64,000 nt of DNA from an uncultured Collinsella sp. GTDB taxonomy: Bacteria > Actinomycetota > Coriobacteriia > Coriobacteriales > Coriobacteriaceae. The translations under genes and the position numbers were made by a program. The notes beneath the pieces are model-generated. The model saw only the letters and a list, made by a program, of their open reading frames with translations, was not told the origin of the DNA and did not search any database. This document shows, piece by piece, positions 36,747 through 46,430 of the stretch. Location: contig UQHY01000002.1 of NCBI GenBank assembly GCA_900540975.1, forward strand, positions 7,593 to 71,592. Reading direction: 5' to 3'. Numbering within the stretch: the first letter of the stretch is position 1; each line of letters begins with the position of its first letter.

Positions 36747-39068
36747 TTGGGAAAAGACGTACTGGTGCAGCAACTCGTCGACTCATTCGACAGCTGGCCC
36801 GCCAAAAATTCCGGTTGCGGATCGTCCCGCATGACACAAGAGCTCTATCCTTTTGACAAGCTCTTCTCTCCCATCAAAATTAACAAGCTCACCGTCAAAA
36901 ACCGCATTGTCATGGCGCCGATGGGCAATATCGACATGTGCGAGGAAACTGGTCGTCCCAGCGACATGATGCTGCAGTACTTTTTCGCCCGCGCCAAAGG
37001 CGGCTGCGGCCTCATCACAACAGGACTCGTACCGGTAAGCCACGGCATCGATACCACGGTCACCGAGCTGGACAAGCTCACCTATTTCCCGCGCATCGAT
37101 CGAAGCCGAACCGTTATGGCAGGCTGGCGCGACCTTGCCCAAGGTGTCCATGCCTTCGGATCGCGCATTTTTGTCCAGCTTACGGCCGGACTCGGCCGCG
37201 TGGGCAACCCGCAATGCCTCATCACGCAAAAAAAGTTTCCGGTCTCGGCGAGTTTCTTGCCTAACTACTACATCCCCGCCATTCCATGCATGCGCCTCTC
37301 GGATCAAAAGCTGCGCCGTATCGTAAACAATATCGGCCAAGCGGCGGCCGATGCTCATGCCATGGGCATCGATGGCGTCTATTTGCACGGGCACGAGGGT
37401 TATCTTATCGAGCAGCTCGGAAACCCCGCCTTTAACCATCGCAAGCTCGGACGTTATGCCGATTGGCGTCAGTTTGGCCTCGATATGATCAAAGAAATCC
37501 GTCGCCGCGTTGGGCCCGACTACCCCATCATGTACCGCATCGACCTTTCGCTTGCACTCGAGGAAACCTATGACGAGCAGGTCATGAATTCGACCTATCT
37601 GGGACGCATGCGCGGCGGCCGCACAGTCGAACAGACCCTGGGTTATATGGAAGAGCTCGTGGCGGCGGGAGTAGACATCTTTGACGTCGACCTTGGTTGC
37701 TATGACAACTGGTGGATGCCCCACCCGCCTGCGAGCATGCCCGCAGGCTGCTTCGTTCCCGTGGCGCGCGCCGTTCGAGAGCGCTTTGCCGCCGACAATA
37801 TCCGCTCCAATGCCGGCCTTCCCGTACCCGTTGTCGCGGTGGGTAAGTTGGGCTACCCCGACATTGCCGAACGTGCCCTTCGCAATGGCGACGCCGATAT
37901 GATCATGCTCGGACGCCCGCTGCTTGCGGATCCCGAGTGGCCCAACAAGGCGTACGCCGGTCGCGTGGCAGATATTCGCCCCTGCATCGGATGCCAGGAA
38001 GGATGCCTCAACGAGTTTGTCGAAGGGGGCCATCCGCAGTGTGCCGTCAATCCACGCTGCAGCTTTGAATACCTCATGCCCCAGACACCCGCTCCCGCCA
38101 AAGAACCCAAACGCATAGCGGTGATAGGAGCCGGACCCGCCGGGATGGTCTGTGCGCTAATCGCCGCGCGTCGTGGCCACGACGTAAAGCTCATCGATGC
38201 CGAAGATGAACTTGGAGGAAAACTCCTCTCCGCCAGCGCCGCCCGGATCAAGTTCGACCTCGATAACTACCGATCATATCTTGTTCGACAGGTGCGCGAG
38301 CAGGCAGAAAAACCCAACGGGAACCTGACACTCGAACTTGGACGGGCAGCACGCGCCGAAGATCTTGCAAAAGCAGGCTTCGACGCAATCGTGTGCGCGA
38401 CAGGCACTTCCAATGCAATACCGCCCATCCCCGGTCTTACGGAGCTTGCAGCATCGGGCCATGCCGTGCTGGCAACGCAGCTACTGCGCCAACCCGCGCT
38501 GCTTGGCAACGCCAAAACCGTCACCATCATTGGCGGAGGGGCCGTGGGCTGCGAGGTTGCCCAATGGCTCACCGTCGAACACGGCATACCACAGGTCAGC
38601 GTAATTGAAATGCTGCCTCACATGATGCAGGGCGCCTGCACGGCAAATCGCGGCCACCTACTCCATACGCTCAGGGGACGCAATGTGCGGCTCCTCAATA
38701 TGACACGCGTCGAGCGCGCGGAAGTCAGCGGCAAACGCGAGTCTGGAGCCCCATCGAGGTGTGCGCGTCTCCACTTGAGTCGCAACTGCCACAAAAACGT
38801 TCCCGACCCCTACGTCTCGTGGTCACCGGTCTTGCCCGAGAACGTCGAAAACCCGCTTGCACCCAAAATCGGCAACGACTGGAAGTCACTCGAGCTAACC
38901 TGCGACTTGGTAATCATTGCCTGCGGCGGACACCCCGACGACGCGCTGTTCTACAAACTGCAGCAGACGCACGCCGCTGACGAGCTGCATAACATCGGCG
39001 ATGGGTTTGCGCCCGGCCGTGTGCTCGAAGCGGTCCGTGCGGCATACCGACTCGGCACCAATATCTAA
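36747..39068 (+). CDS. NADH:flavin oxidoreductase (OYE TIM barrel, 4Fe-4S, FAD/NAD domain), enoate-reductase/BaiCD-like
   Basis: KNRIVMAPM, ARAKGG.GLI.TG, QLTAG.GR, HGHEGYL, RPCIGCQEGC-x11-CAVNP, GAGPAG, GGGAVGCE. Likely TTG start after GAAAGGA (alternative ATG 36831). Confidence 0.9.
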   Translation: MGKDVLVQQLVDSFDSWPAKNSGCGSSRMTQELYPFDKLFSPIKINKLTVKNRIVMAPMGNIDMCEETGRPSDMMLQYFFARAKGGCGLITTGLVPVSHGIDTTVTELDKLTYFPRIDRSRTVMAGWRDLAQGVHAFGSRIFVQLTAGLGRVGNPQCLITQKKFPVSASFLPNYYIPAIPCMRLSDQKLRRIVNNIGQAAADAHAMGIDGVYLHGHEGYLIEQLGNPAFNHRKLGRYADWRQFGLDMIKEIRRRVGPDYPIMYRIDLSLALEETYDEQVMNSTYLGRMRGGRTVEQTLGYMEELVAAGVDIFDVDLGCYDNWWMPHPPASMPAGCFVPVARAVRERFAADNIRSNAGLPVPVVAVGKLGYPDIAERALRNGDADMIMLGRPLLADPEWPNKAYAGRVADIRPCIGCQEGCLNEFVEGGHPQCAVNPRCSFEYLMPQTPAPAKEPKRIAVIGAGPAGMVCALIAARRGHDVKLIDAEDELGGKLLSASAARIKFDLDNYRSYLVRQVREQAEKPNGNLTLELGRAARAEDLAKAGFDAIVCATGTSNAIPPIPGLTELAASGHAVLATQLLRQPALLGNAKTVTIIGGGAVGCEVAQWLTVEHGIPQVSVIEMLPHMMQGACTANRGHLLHTLRGRNVRLLNMTRVERAEVSGKRESGAPSRCARLHLSRNCHKNVPDPYVSWSPVLPENVENPLAPKIGNDWKSLELTCDLVIIACGGHPDDALFYKLQQTHAADELHNIGDGFAPGRVLEAVRAAYRLGTNI

Positions 39069-39077
39069 CACGAAAGG

Positions 39078-40367
39078 ATGGGCTCACAGATGAACCTGAC
39101 CTCCCAACAACAAGCCCTGCTCGACGGCGCCAAGGGCCCCGCCATGGCCAAAGTGGTCAAGACCCTCGTTATGTACGGCGAATGCTTTGGCGCCGAGCGT
39201 ATGGTTCCCGTGACCGGCGCAAACGGTCATCTTGTCACAAGTTTTGGCCTCTCCATGCTCGGTCCAGTCTATGACCTTATGGATGAGCTGCTGAAAGACG
39301 GCGCCCTGTCCGGTCAGTCATTCTCGGTCGACCCGAGGCCCCTTGACCCCGCCGTCCCGGCCAACCCGCTGCAAAAGCTGCTGTTCAAGATTATGTATTC
39401 CAAACAAGACGATTATGAGGCACAGCTGCGCAGCATGGGTCTATTGGACAACGATGCTTTCACCTGCACCTGCTACCAGCCCGAGGTTGGCAATCGACCT
39501 CGGCGTGGCGACATCCTAAGCTGGGCAGAAAGCAGCGCCGTGGTCTTTGCCAACTCCGTGCTGGGCGCTCGCTGCAATCGCAACTCCGGCATCATCGAGA
39601 TGTTCGGCTCAATTGCCGGCTTTGTCCCGGAATTCGGTCTGCTCACCGATGAGGGCCGCAAGGCGACCTGGATCATCGAAGTCGACTGTAAGCGCAAGCC
39701 CGAAGCGCAAGTGCTTGGCAGCGCCATTGGCATGAAGGTGATGGAAGACGTCCCTTACATTAAAGGCCTCGACCGCTGGCTTGGCCGCGAACTCACACCC
39801 GGCACGCAGGACTACCTTAAGGACATGGGCGCCGCCAGCGCATCGAACGGCGCTGTCGGGCTCTACCACGTGGACAGCATCACGCCCGAGGCCGTCGAAC
39901 AAGGCGAACACCTCATAGCACCAGACGCCCAAATCTATCGCATTGACGACGCCGAGCTGGAACGCATCCGCTCGAGCTACCCCGTTATGTGGAAGAACCC
40001 GGGCGCGCGCCCCAAGCTTGCCTTCATCGGCTGCCCCCACCTCTCGTCTGCACAACTCGCCCATTGGGCAGACGCCATCTGCGATGGGCTGAGCGCCTCC
40101 GGCAAGTGCCGCGTGCAAGTACCCACCGTACTGACCGCCGCCCCATCCGTGGCAGACGCCTTCCGCAAGACTGCGGCATACAGACGCCTCTCGACTACCG
40201 GTGCCGTCGTCTCGAGCATCTGCCCGCTTATGTACACCAACAACCCGCTGTGCGGCAGCATGCCCATCATCACCAACTCCAACAAGTTGCGTACGTACTC
40301 GGCATCGCGCTACTACACCGACGACGAGGTGCTCGCCTACGTCACCACCGGAAAACCAATCAAATAG
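39078..40367 (+). CDS. Aconitase X catalytic (large) subunit
   Basis: L..QQ.LLDG..G.A, TCTCY, WAESSAVVFANSVLGARCNR, GAASASNG.V.LYH...ITPE, IGCPH.S, CP, TNSNK. Confidence 0.88.
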   Translation: MGSQMNLTSQQQALLDGAKGPAMAKVVKTLVMYGECFGAERMVPVTGANGHLVTSFGLSMLGPVYDLMDELLKDGALSGQSFSVDPRPLDPAVPANPLQKLLFKIMYSKQDDYEAQLRSMGLLDNDAFTCTCYQPEVGNRPRRGDILSWAESSAVVFANSVLGARCNRNSGIIEMFGSIAGFVPEFGLLTDEGRKATWIIEVDCKRKPEAQVLGSAIGMKVMEDVPYIKGLDRWLGRELTPGTQDYLKDMGAASASNGAVGLYHVDSITPEAVEQGEHLIAPDAQIYRIDDAELERIRSSYPVMWKNPGARPKLAFIGCPHLSSAQLAHWADAICDGLSASGKCRVQVPTVLTAAPSVADAFRKTAAYRRLSTTGAVVSSICPLMYTNNPLCGSMPIITNSNKLRTYSASRYYTDDEVLAYVTTGKPIK

Positions 40368-40381
40368 GAAGGCGACTCCTC

Positions 40382-40825
40382 ATGGAAAAAATCTTTCACG
40401 GCCGCGTCGTTGTCCCCGGAACTGCCCACGCCAAGGCACTTGTCTCTCACGGAGGGCTCAACACACTCGCATCGTTTCAGAAGGCACTGATGTTTGGCGA
40501 CAAAAAGGCCACGTGTTCCGACCAAAACAATCCCGACTTGTACGGCAAACCTTTGGCGGGATGTGCCTTGTGTCTTCCGCAGACTATCGGCTCCACCACA
40601 GGCGGCATGGTGCTCTTCTGCGCCACCAAAATGGGGCGCCAACCCGCATGCCTGCTGTTTTCCAAACCCATTGACAGCCTTGCCGCCGCTGGCGCGATCC
40701 TCTCGGGCGTATGGACCGACACCCCCATGCCCACCATTGACAACCTGGGCGATGAGTTTCTCGATGCTGTGTCGACGGGAGACGCCATCACCGTGACCGA
40801 AGACGGCACGGTCATCGTCGGCTAA
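40382..40825 (+). CDS. Aconitase X swivel (small) subunit
   Basis: GRVVVPG.A...ALVS, D..NPDLYG..L.G..L.LP.T.GST.GG, DSLAAAG, TGD.I.V. ATG 40382 after GGAAGG. Confidence 0.85.
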   Translation: MEKIFHGRVVVPGTAHAKALVSHGGLNTLASFQKALMFGDKKATCSDQNNPDLYGKPLAGCALCLPQTIGSTTGGMVLFCATKMGRQPACLLFSKPIDSLAAAGAILSGVWTDTPMPTIDNLGDEFLDAVSTGDAITVTEDGTVIVG

Positions 40826-40935
40826 GGCTATCCGACCCGCCGCCCGCAGATGAACAACGTGTTTCGCCATTTCCCACGCGCGGTGCGGGCGATAATCTTG
40901 ACGTATTCGATATACAACACGAAAGGAGTCCCACC

Positions 40936-42357
40936 ATGGGAGCATCGGTATCGGTCGCACAGGGCGCGCCTCTTGATGCAGGCACCTACAAGGCAGACGA
41001 GGCAGCCGTCGAGCGCTTTTGCGAATTGCTGCGCATCCCCACCGTTTCGCGTGAGAACATCGCCGAGCGCGACGATGAGCCCTTCAGCCAGTGGATTCCC
41101 ACGCTTCAGCGACTTTATCCGCATTTCTTTAAAGTCGCCGAGCTCACACGCGTCGACGACTTTGGCATGCTCCTGCGTTGGCCTGGCGCCGATTCCGCCT
41201 TGGACCCCATCGTCATGATGGCGCATCAGGACGTCGTGCCCGTCGAGGGCCAAGACTGGAAGCACGATCCCTTTGGAGCCGAGATCTTCGACGGCGAGAT
41301 CTGGGCCCGCGGATCACTCGACACCAAGTGCATCGTCTCGGCTTTCTTCGAGGCCGCCGAGCATTTGATTGCCCAGGGCTTCGTTCCCCCGCGCGATGTC
41401 TGGTTCTTCTCGAGCGATGGCGAGGAAATCGCCGCACCTACTGCAACCCATGCAGTGCAGTGGCTTCGCGAGCATAACATCCATCCCTACATGGTGCTCG
41501 ATGAGGGTGGCGCCGTGGCAACCGACGCCCCGCTCGGCGTCACCGAACCCGTTGCCATGGTAGGCGTGTCCGAGAAGGGCCACGTCGACCTTACCGTCAC
41601 GGCGCGCGCCGACGGCGGCCATGCCTCTACGCCTGCGGCAAACGATGCCTGCCGTCTTCTCTGCCGTGTATGCGAGACTATCTCGGCCAACCCCGGCAAG
41701 CCGCAGCTCACGCCCGCCGTCGAGGCCACACTGACCGAGTTGGGTGCCCGTAGCAGCGCGACGTATCAGGCAATCTTTGGCAACCTGTGGCTCACGCGCC
41801 CCGCGGTTACCAAGATCATGGCCGCCAGCCCCGAGACCTCGGCCATGCTGCGCACAACCTATGCGCTCACGCAGCTCGAAGGCTCCAATGCGCACAATGT
41901 GCTGCCACCAGTTGCTCGCGCCAACTTCAACGTGCGCATCGCTCCGTTCGAGACCATCGCCGATGCCGTTGAGCGCGCCCGCAAGCTCGCCGCCCAGCAG
42001 TGCCGCGCCTCGGGCGTAAGCCCCGACCATGTCACCGTCGAAATCAACGAGGCGATTCCCTACACCGAGCCCGCGCCCATCTCGCCTTACGAAGACGATG
42101 CCGCCTTCAACTACATCCATCGCTGCGTGTCGGGTGTCTATCCCGAGGCCGGCTTTGCTCCCTACGTGCAGAACTCCTGTACCGACTCGCGCGAGTTCAA
42201 CGAGATCTGCGATCGCGTCTACCGCTTCTGCGGCTTTATCTACTCGGGCGAGGCGCGCAAGCTCATCCATGCCGCCAACGAACGCATCGGCGTCGACGTC
42301 TACAAGCGCGGCATCGAATTCTATGTGGCGTTTCTCGCCAACCTTGAACAACTGTAG
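40936..42357 (+). CDS. M20 family amidohydrolase (carboxypeptidase S / PM20D1-like)
   Basis: AHQDVVP, RGSLDTK, EEI, LDEGG, GGHAS.P, TDSR, IH..NE. Confidence 0.85.
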   Translation: MGASVSVAQGAPLDAGTYKADEAAVERFCELLRIPTVSRENIAERDDEPFSQWIPTLQRLYPHFFKVAELTRVDDFGMLLRWPGADSALDPIVMMAHQDVVPVEGQDWKHDPFGAEIFDGEIWARGSLDTKCIVSAFFEAAEHLIAQGFVPPRDVWFFSSDGEEIAAPTATHAVQWLREHNIHPYMVLDEGGAVATDAPLGVTEPVAMVGVSEKGHVDLTVTARADGGHASTPAANDACRLLCRVCETISANPGKPQLTPAVEATLTELGARSSATYQAIFGNLWLTRPAVTKIMAASPETSAMLRTTYALTQLEGSNAHNVLPPVARANFNVRIAPFETIADAVERARKLAAQQCRASGVSPDHVTVEINEAIPYTEPAPISPYEDDAAFNYIHRCVSGVYPEAGFAPYVQNSCTDSREFNEICDRVYRFCGFIYSGEARKLIHAANERIGVDVYKRGIEFYVAFLANLEQL

Positions 42358-42408
42358 AACGGGGGCCGATAGCACCCCTCCCCGCTTTTACCGACCAGGA
42401 GAACCAGC

Positions 42409-43728
42409 ATGACCCAACCAAATCTTAAGCGGGCGGCCCGGCTCGACACCAAGGCCGTCGCCCTCGCCTCCCTACCCTTTATGGGCATGATCAGCTTTTG
42501 GCAGGTCTACGACGGCATCGTTCCCAAGATGCTCACAGGGACCTTTGGCCTATCCAACTCGCTCACCGGCGCGATCATGGCCATCGATAATGTCTTTGGC
42601 CTGTTCCTGCTTCCGCTCTTTGGCATCCTCTCGGACCGCTGCGCAAGCAAACTCGGGCGCCGAACGCCCTTTATCTTGGGCGGCTCCGCAGTGGCAATGC
42701 TCTCCGTCCCGCTCATCGCGATCGCCAACAACATGGGCAGCCTACCTCTGCTCATTGGCGCGATTATCCTCACGCTTTTGGCAATATGCGCCTACCGCAC
42801 CATGACGGTCGCCATTGTGGCCGATATTACGCCTCGCCCACTTCGAACCAAGGCGGACTCAATCGAAAAGATCGTCGGCTATGCGGGAACGGGTCTTATG
42901 CTCGTCGCCATCTCGGTCATGGTTCCCAAGGCCGACAAACCTGATTATCTTCCGCTCTTTATCTTGCAGGCCGCCTTTATCCTCGTGTCAGCCGTTGTCT
43001 ACGGCATCTTTGTCCGTGAGCCCGCCCTCGTCGAAAAGATGCGCGAGAAATCGCTGTCAATGGGCATCGACGAGGATCAGATTGACAAAGACGACTCCCC
43101 CGAGGCCGGCGGTAAGGAACGCGTTGCAGACACCGACGTGCGTCGCTCCATCATCATGCTGCTCGCCGCAACGTTTTTCTACTACATGAGCTATAACGCC
43201 ATGACCACCAATATCAGCCGTTATGCCGATTTGTTCTATGGCATGGAGGGCGGTTCCTATGCCATCATCAATATCGTGACGATTGCAGGCGCGCTGCTAA
43301 GCTACGTACCCCTGGCAAACCTTTCGCTCAAAATCGGCCGCAAAAAGGTCGCCCTGGGCACCGCCGTCATCATGGTTTTGTGCCCCACGCTTCTTTGGCT
43401 GGCACCCGGCTTCTCGCCCGTGTTGTACGGGGTCTTTTTGTTGATGGGCGTCGCGCTGGGCGGCGTGGACCTGTGCGTGTACACGATGATTCTGGAGTGT
43501 TGCAGCTCCCAAAGCGTGGGCCGCTACTCCGGTTACTACTACACCGTGAGCATGGCGGCTCAGGTGGCGACGCCGATTCTCTCCGGCATCGTTATGGACG
43601 TGGCGCCGTCGATGCTCTTCGCCTACATCACGGCAATGGGCATGATTATGGCCGCGAGCATTGCCGCCGCCAAGCACGGCGATGCCATCTTGATCGACGA
43701 GGTCGCTCGCCGCGAGGCAGCCGAGTAG
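42409..43728 (+). CDS. MFS transporter (SLC45/MalT-like)
   Basis: GAIMAIDN..GLFLLPLFG.LSDR....GRR.PFIL, VGRYSGYYYT.SM.AQ..TPIL.G. Confidence 0.88.
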   Translation: MTQPNLKRAARLDTKAVALASLPFMGMISFWQVYDGIVPKMLTGTFGLSNSLTGAIMAIDNVFGLFLLPLFGILSDRCASKLGRRTPFILGGSAVAMLSVPLIAIANNMGSLPLLIGAIILTLLAICAYRTMTVAIVADITPRPLRTKADSIEKIVGYAGTGLMLVAISVMVPKADKPDYLPLFILQAAFILVSAVVYGIFVREPALVEKMREKSLSMGIDEDQIDKDDSPEAGGKERVADTDVRRSIIMLLAATFFYYMSYNAMTTNISRYADLFYGMEGGSYAIINIVTIAGALLSYVPLANLSLKIGRKKVALGTAVIMVLCPTLLWLAPGFSPVLYGVFLLMGVALGGVDLCVYTMILECCSSQSVGRYSGYYYTVSMAAQVATPILSGIVMDVAPSMLFAYITAMGMIMAASIAAAKHGDAILIDEVARREAAE

Positions 43729-43750
43729 AAGTGCACGCCAATATTGAGCA

Positions 43751-43792
43751 ATGGAGCCGGATGGGGGTATTTCCCATCCGGCTCCATTTTTT
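43751..43792 (+). terminator. Intrinsic terminator
   Basis: atggagccggatggg-ggtattt-cccatccggctccat-ttttt. Confidence 0.8.
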
Positions 43793-43816
43793 CATCCTCA
43801 AGAGGCTCGTCGAAGC

Positions 43817-44146
43817 CTACCCCACCGTGACGGATTCCCCGGTAAAGGCACTGATCATCAACAGGACAAAGAACACCAGGTAGCTGACACTCAGCAGGTA
43901 CGCAATGATCAGAAAGAAGACCCATCCGACATTGGTCTTGCCATCGGCACGACGTTGCTCGCGAGAGCGGCAAAGCCAAATCGTCACGTCAATGGCCACA
44001 ATCAACAGCACAAGTGCCGCTGCGGCCAGTCCAGCAAGCGCAAACATCACGCCAATGCTCACAGCAATAACCGGGAGCAGCAGCAAGCCGCACCCGCACC
44101 CACCAGGACTGTACACGGCAGTCTGTCGGCGTCGTTCCATCGTCAC
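43817..44146 (-). CDS. Small hypothetical membrane protein
   Basis: Three hydrophobic segments; GAGG upstream. Confidence 0.55.
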   Translation of the reverse strand: MTMERRRQTAVYSPGGCGCGLLLLPVIAVSIGVMFALAGLAAAALVLLIVAIDVTIWLCRSREQRRADGKTNVGWVFFLIIAYLLSVSYLVFFVLLMISAFTGESVTVG

Positions 44147-44169
44147 TCCAACCTCAACATCTTTGAGCG

Positions 44170-44511
44170 CTACAGCGCAACGGCCTGCTGAACGGGAACG
44201 ATCTTATCCAGTTCCGGTTCGATGCGCCTCTTCTCTGCCTCGAGATCAAACGCCATCTGGGCTCGAAGCCAGTAGCCATCCATCAGGCCAAAGTAGCGGC
44301 AAAGGCGAAGGTCGGTGTCGGCCGTCACGCGACGCCTTCCCAAGATAATCTGCCCAATGCGTTGAGCCGGAATCCCGGTCTCCTTAGCAAGGCGATATTG
44401 AGAAATGCCCATAGGGGCAAGAAATTCCTCTTTGAGAAGCTCGCCAGGAGTCACCGGCGGCAGCAAATCAGACGCAGTCTCATCACTTGTGATAATCGAC
44501 GATTTCGACAT
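44170..44511 (-). CDS. higA: HigA family antitoxin
   Basis: PVTPGELL.EEFL.PMGISQYRLAK..G.P..RI..I..G.R.VTADT.LRL.RYFG....YWL..Q. Start uncertain. Confidence 0.88.
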   Translation of the reverse strand: MSKSSIITSDETASDLLPPVTPGELLKEEFLAPMGISQYRLAKETGIPAQRIGQIILGRRRVTADTDLRLCRYFGLMDGYWLRAQMAFDLEAEKRRIEPELDKIVPVQQAVAL

Positions 44512-44764
44512 TCCAAGCCATCCCCTGTCTCCACTCAAAACAGACCCGATAGCGCTCATTGACACGGATACTATATTGACCGGCGCGATCGCCCTTCAAC
44601 GCTTCAAGACGATTGCCTGGCGGAACGCGAAGATCATCAAGCGAAGCGCAGATCTGCAGTTGGCGAATCTTCCTCAAGGCGACCCGCTCAAAAGGAATGA
44701 ACTTCCTAATCCGCACACCCATTGCAAAGCGTTCAGTGTCTTCATCTTTATATGATGCAATCAT
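44483..44764 (-). CDS. higB: HigB (RelE/ParE superfamily) toxin
   Basis: MI.S.KD..TE...L.DLRVPPGNRLEALKGDR.GQYSIR.N..YR.CF.W....A..VEIVDYH; upstream of the antitoxin. Confidence 0.93.
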   Translation of the reverse strand: MIASYKDEDTERFAMGVRIRKFIPFERVALRKIRQLQICASLDDLRVPPGNRLEALKGDRAGQYSIRVNERYRVCFEWRQGMAWNVEIVDYHK

Positions 44765-44815
44765 AGTATCGCCTTACGTTAATAACGTCAAACGTTTCTA
44801 TAGAGCTACATCTCT

Positions 44816-44836
44816 ATTATAGCGTACATCTGTTCG
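44816..44836 (-). promoter_or_regulatory. TATAAT -10 with adjacent LexA-like box upstream of higBA
   Basis: Minus strand CGAACAGATGTACG-C-TATAAT; one mismatch to CGAAC-N4-GTTCG. Confidence 0.5.
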
Positions 44837-44864
44837 TATTTTCGAGAAGATGCGTCCCCGTCGA

Positions 44865-46052
44865 CTAACAAAGCAAAAGCAATCGTTTGTAGACATCGAG
44901 GCCCTTGAGCAAAATTTCCTCATCAAAGAGCATGGTATCAGTGTGAAGAGCGCTCATCGCATAGGCTGGGCAGCCATCAGCGTCAATCGGGTTTTCTTGC
45001 GCCTCCGGCACGCCCGTGCCCAGCAGGAAGAACACGCCCGGCAGATGGCGCTGATAGAAGGCGAAGTCCTCGGCAATCAGCAAAGGCTCATCTACGAGCT
45101 GTAGCTCGGGCAAGGCGGGCGCGACATTGACAAACAACTCGGGGTCGTTGTCGACCGGCGGATAGCCCTCGGCAAAGTCAAGATCGTACGTGCAGCCCGT
45201 TGTAGCGCATGCCTCATCAAGCACGCGGCGCACGCACTCACGCGCACGGTCGAACATGTCGTCCGTAAACACACGCAGACTGCCGGCAACATGGGCCTCC
45301 CCCGCCACCGCATTGCAAACCGTACCGGCCTGCAGCAGACCAAACTTGCCGATACAGGGCTCGTCGGTACCCAGCTCGTCCATCAGCTCGCGCTCGGCAA
45401 CCAAAAACTTTGCTGCCGCCAGTGCCGCATCGTGCGACTCCTCGACCGGTACACCATAGGTCTTAGCGATATGAATACTCGTACCGTGAATATGGATATG
45501 CGTCTCGCTCGAACGCGCTAGCAGCGGACCGGAACAACTCGTCAACATGCCGGCAGGCAGATCGGGCCACACATGGAAGCCAAAAATGCGGTCGACCCCG
45601 TAGCGCTCGAACACACCGCTCTCGCATACCGTCTTGGCACCACCGGTCGTTTCCTCGGCCGGCTGGAACACAAAAAGCACGTTGCGCCTCATGGCGCCCG
45701 GCCGCTCGCGAATCGTACGGTCGACATGCGTCGCGGCGGCAAGTGCCATAGCCATGTGTCCGTCATGTCCGCAAGCGTGCATCTTGCCGGGATGGGTCGA
45801 GGCGAACGCTGCCCCTGTTGCCTCGGCAATGGGCAGCGCGTCCATGTCGGCCCGAATCGCCGTGGCATGTGCGGCGCCAACGCCAGCATCGAAGAAAGCG
45901 CAGACGCAGCTGGGGCACGGATGGGTCACCTCGCAAGCGAGCGGTGCCAGTACGCCCTCGATATAAGCGATGGTTTGCGGAAGATCGAAATCGAGCTCCG
46001 GAATGCGATGGAGATCGCGGCGATAGCGACGGAGTTCTTGGAGCTCGGTCAT
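44865..46052 (-). CDS. M20D amidohydrolase, possibly N-acetyl-diaminopimelate deacetylase
   Basis: RRDLHRIPEL, RADMDALP, MHACGHDGH, FQPAEE..GGA, AEDFAFY. Divergent from the dap operon. Confidence 0.8.
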   Translation of the reverse strand: MTELQELRRYRRDLHRIPELDFDLPQTIAYIEGVLAPLACEVTHPCPSCVCAFFDAGVGAAHATAIRADMDALPIAEATGAAFASTHPGKMHACGHDGHMAMALAAATHVDRTIRERPGAMRRNVLFVFQPAEETTGGAKTVCESGVFERYGVDRIFGFHVWPDLPAGMLTSCSGPLLARSSETHIHIHGTSIHIAKTYGVPVEESHDAALAAAKFLVAERELMDELGTDEPCIGKFGLLQAGTVCNAVAGEAHVAGSLRVFTDDMFDRARECVRRVLDEACATTGCTYDLDFAEGYPPVDNDPELFVNVAPALPELQLVDEPLLIAEDFAFYQRHLPGVFFLLGTGVPEAQENPIDADGCPAYAMSALHTDTMLFDEEILLKGLDVYKRLLLLC

Positions 46053-46202
46053 AGAGGATCCCTTCGTGAGGCATATCTGTTGCAACTTATTGTGATACAG
46101 GATTGTGGCACACATGTTTCCAGCATATTGCTGCATTTTTTAAACGTTATATACGAATACTCTTGTTTGGTAAAGTGCAACGTGGTAGGGTCGTTACCAC
46201 TT

Positions 46203-46359
46203 GATAGAGGCGCGGGCACGAAGAACCGCGGGCGAGCCGGCAGGCTTTGACCCCGTGGGGAGGCGAAACCCGCCGAACTGGGCTTTTCGGGCACGAACAA
46301 CCTGGTGGGCCTGCGGGAAACACCCACAGGACTGTCTGCAGCAATGCGGGAGCGCTATC
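46203..46359 (+). ncRNA. Lysine riboswitch (L-box)
   Basis: gatAGAGGcGC ... GCCGAA ... ACTGTC ... GAGCGCTatc closing the P1 stem; directly upstream of lysA. Confidence 0.85.
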
Positions 46360-46430
46360 CGGACATTGGGTCCACGCTATGCGGATTCGATGCGCAGATG
46401 GCGCCGTCTGGATAGCGAGGTTTACGGGAC

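Noticed and set aside
36747..39068. Assigning the reductase as bilirubin reductase BilR or as BaiCD/BaiH
   Set aside because: The active-site region reads HGHEGY rather than the HGDR motif of BilR, and no other bai genes are adjacent; only the family can be called.
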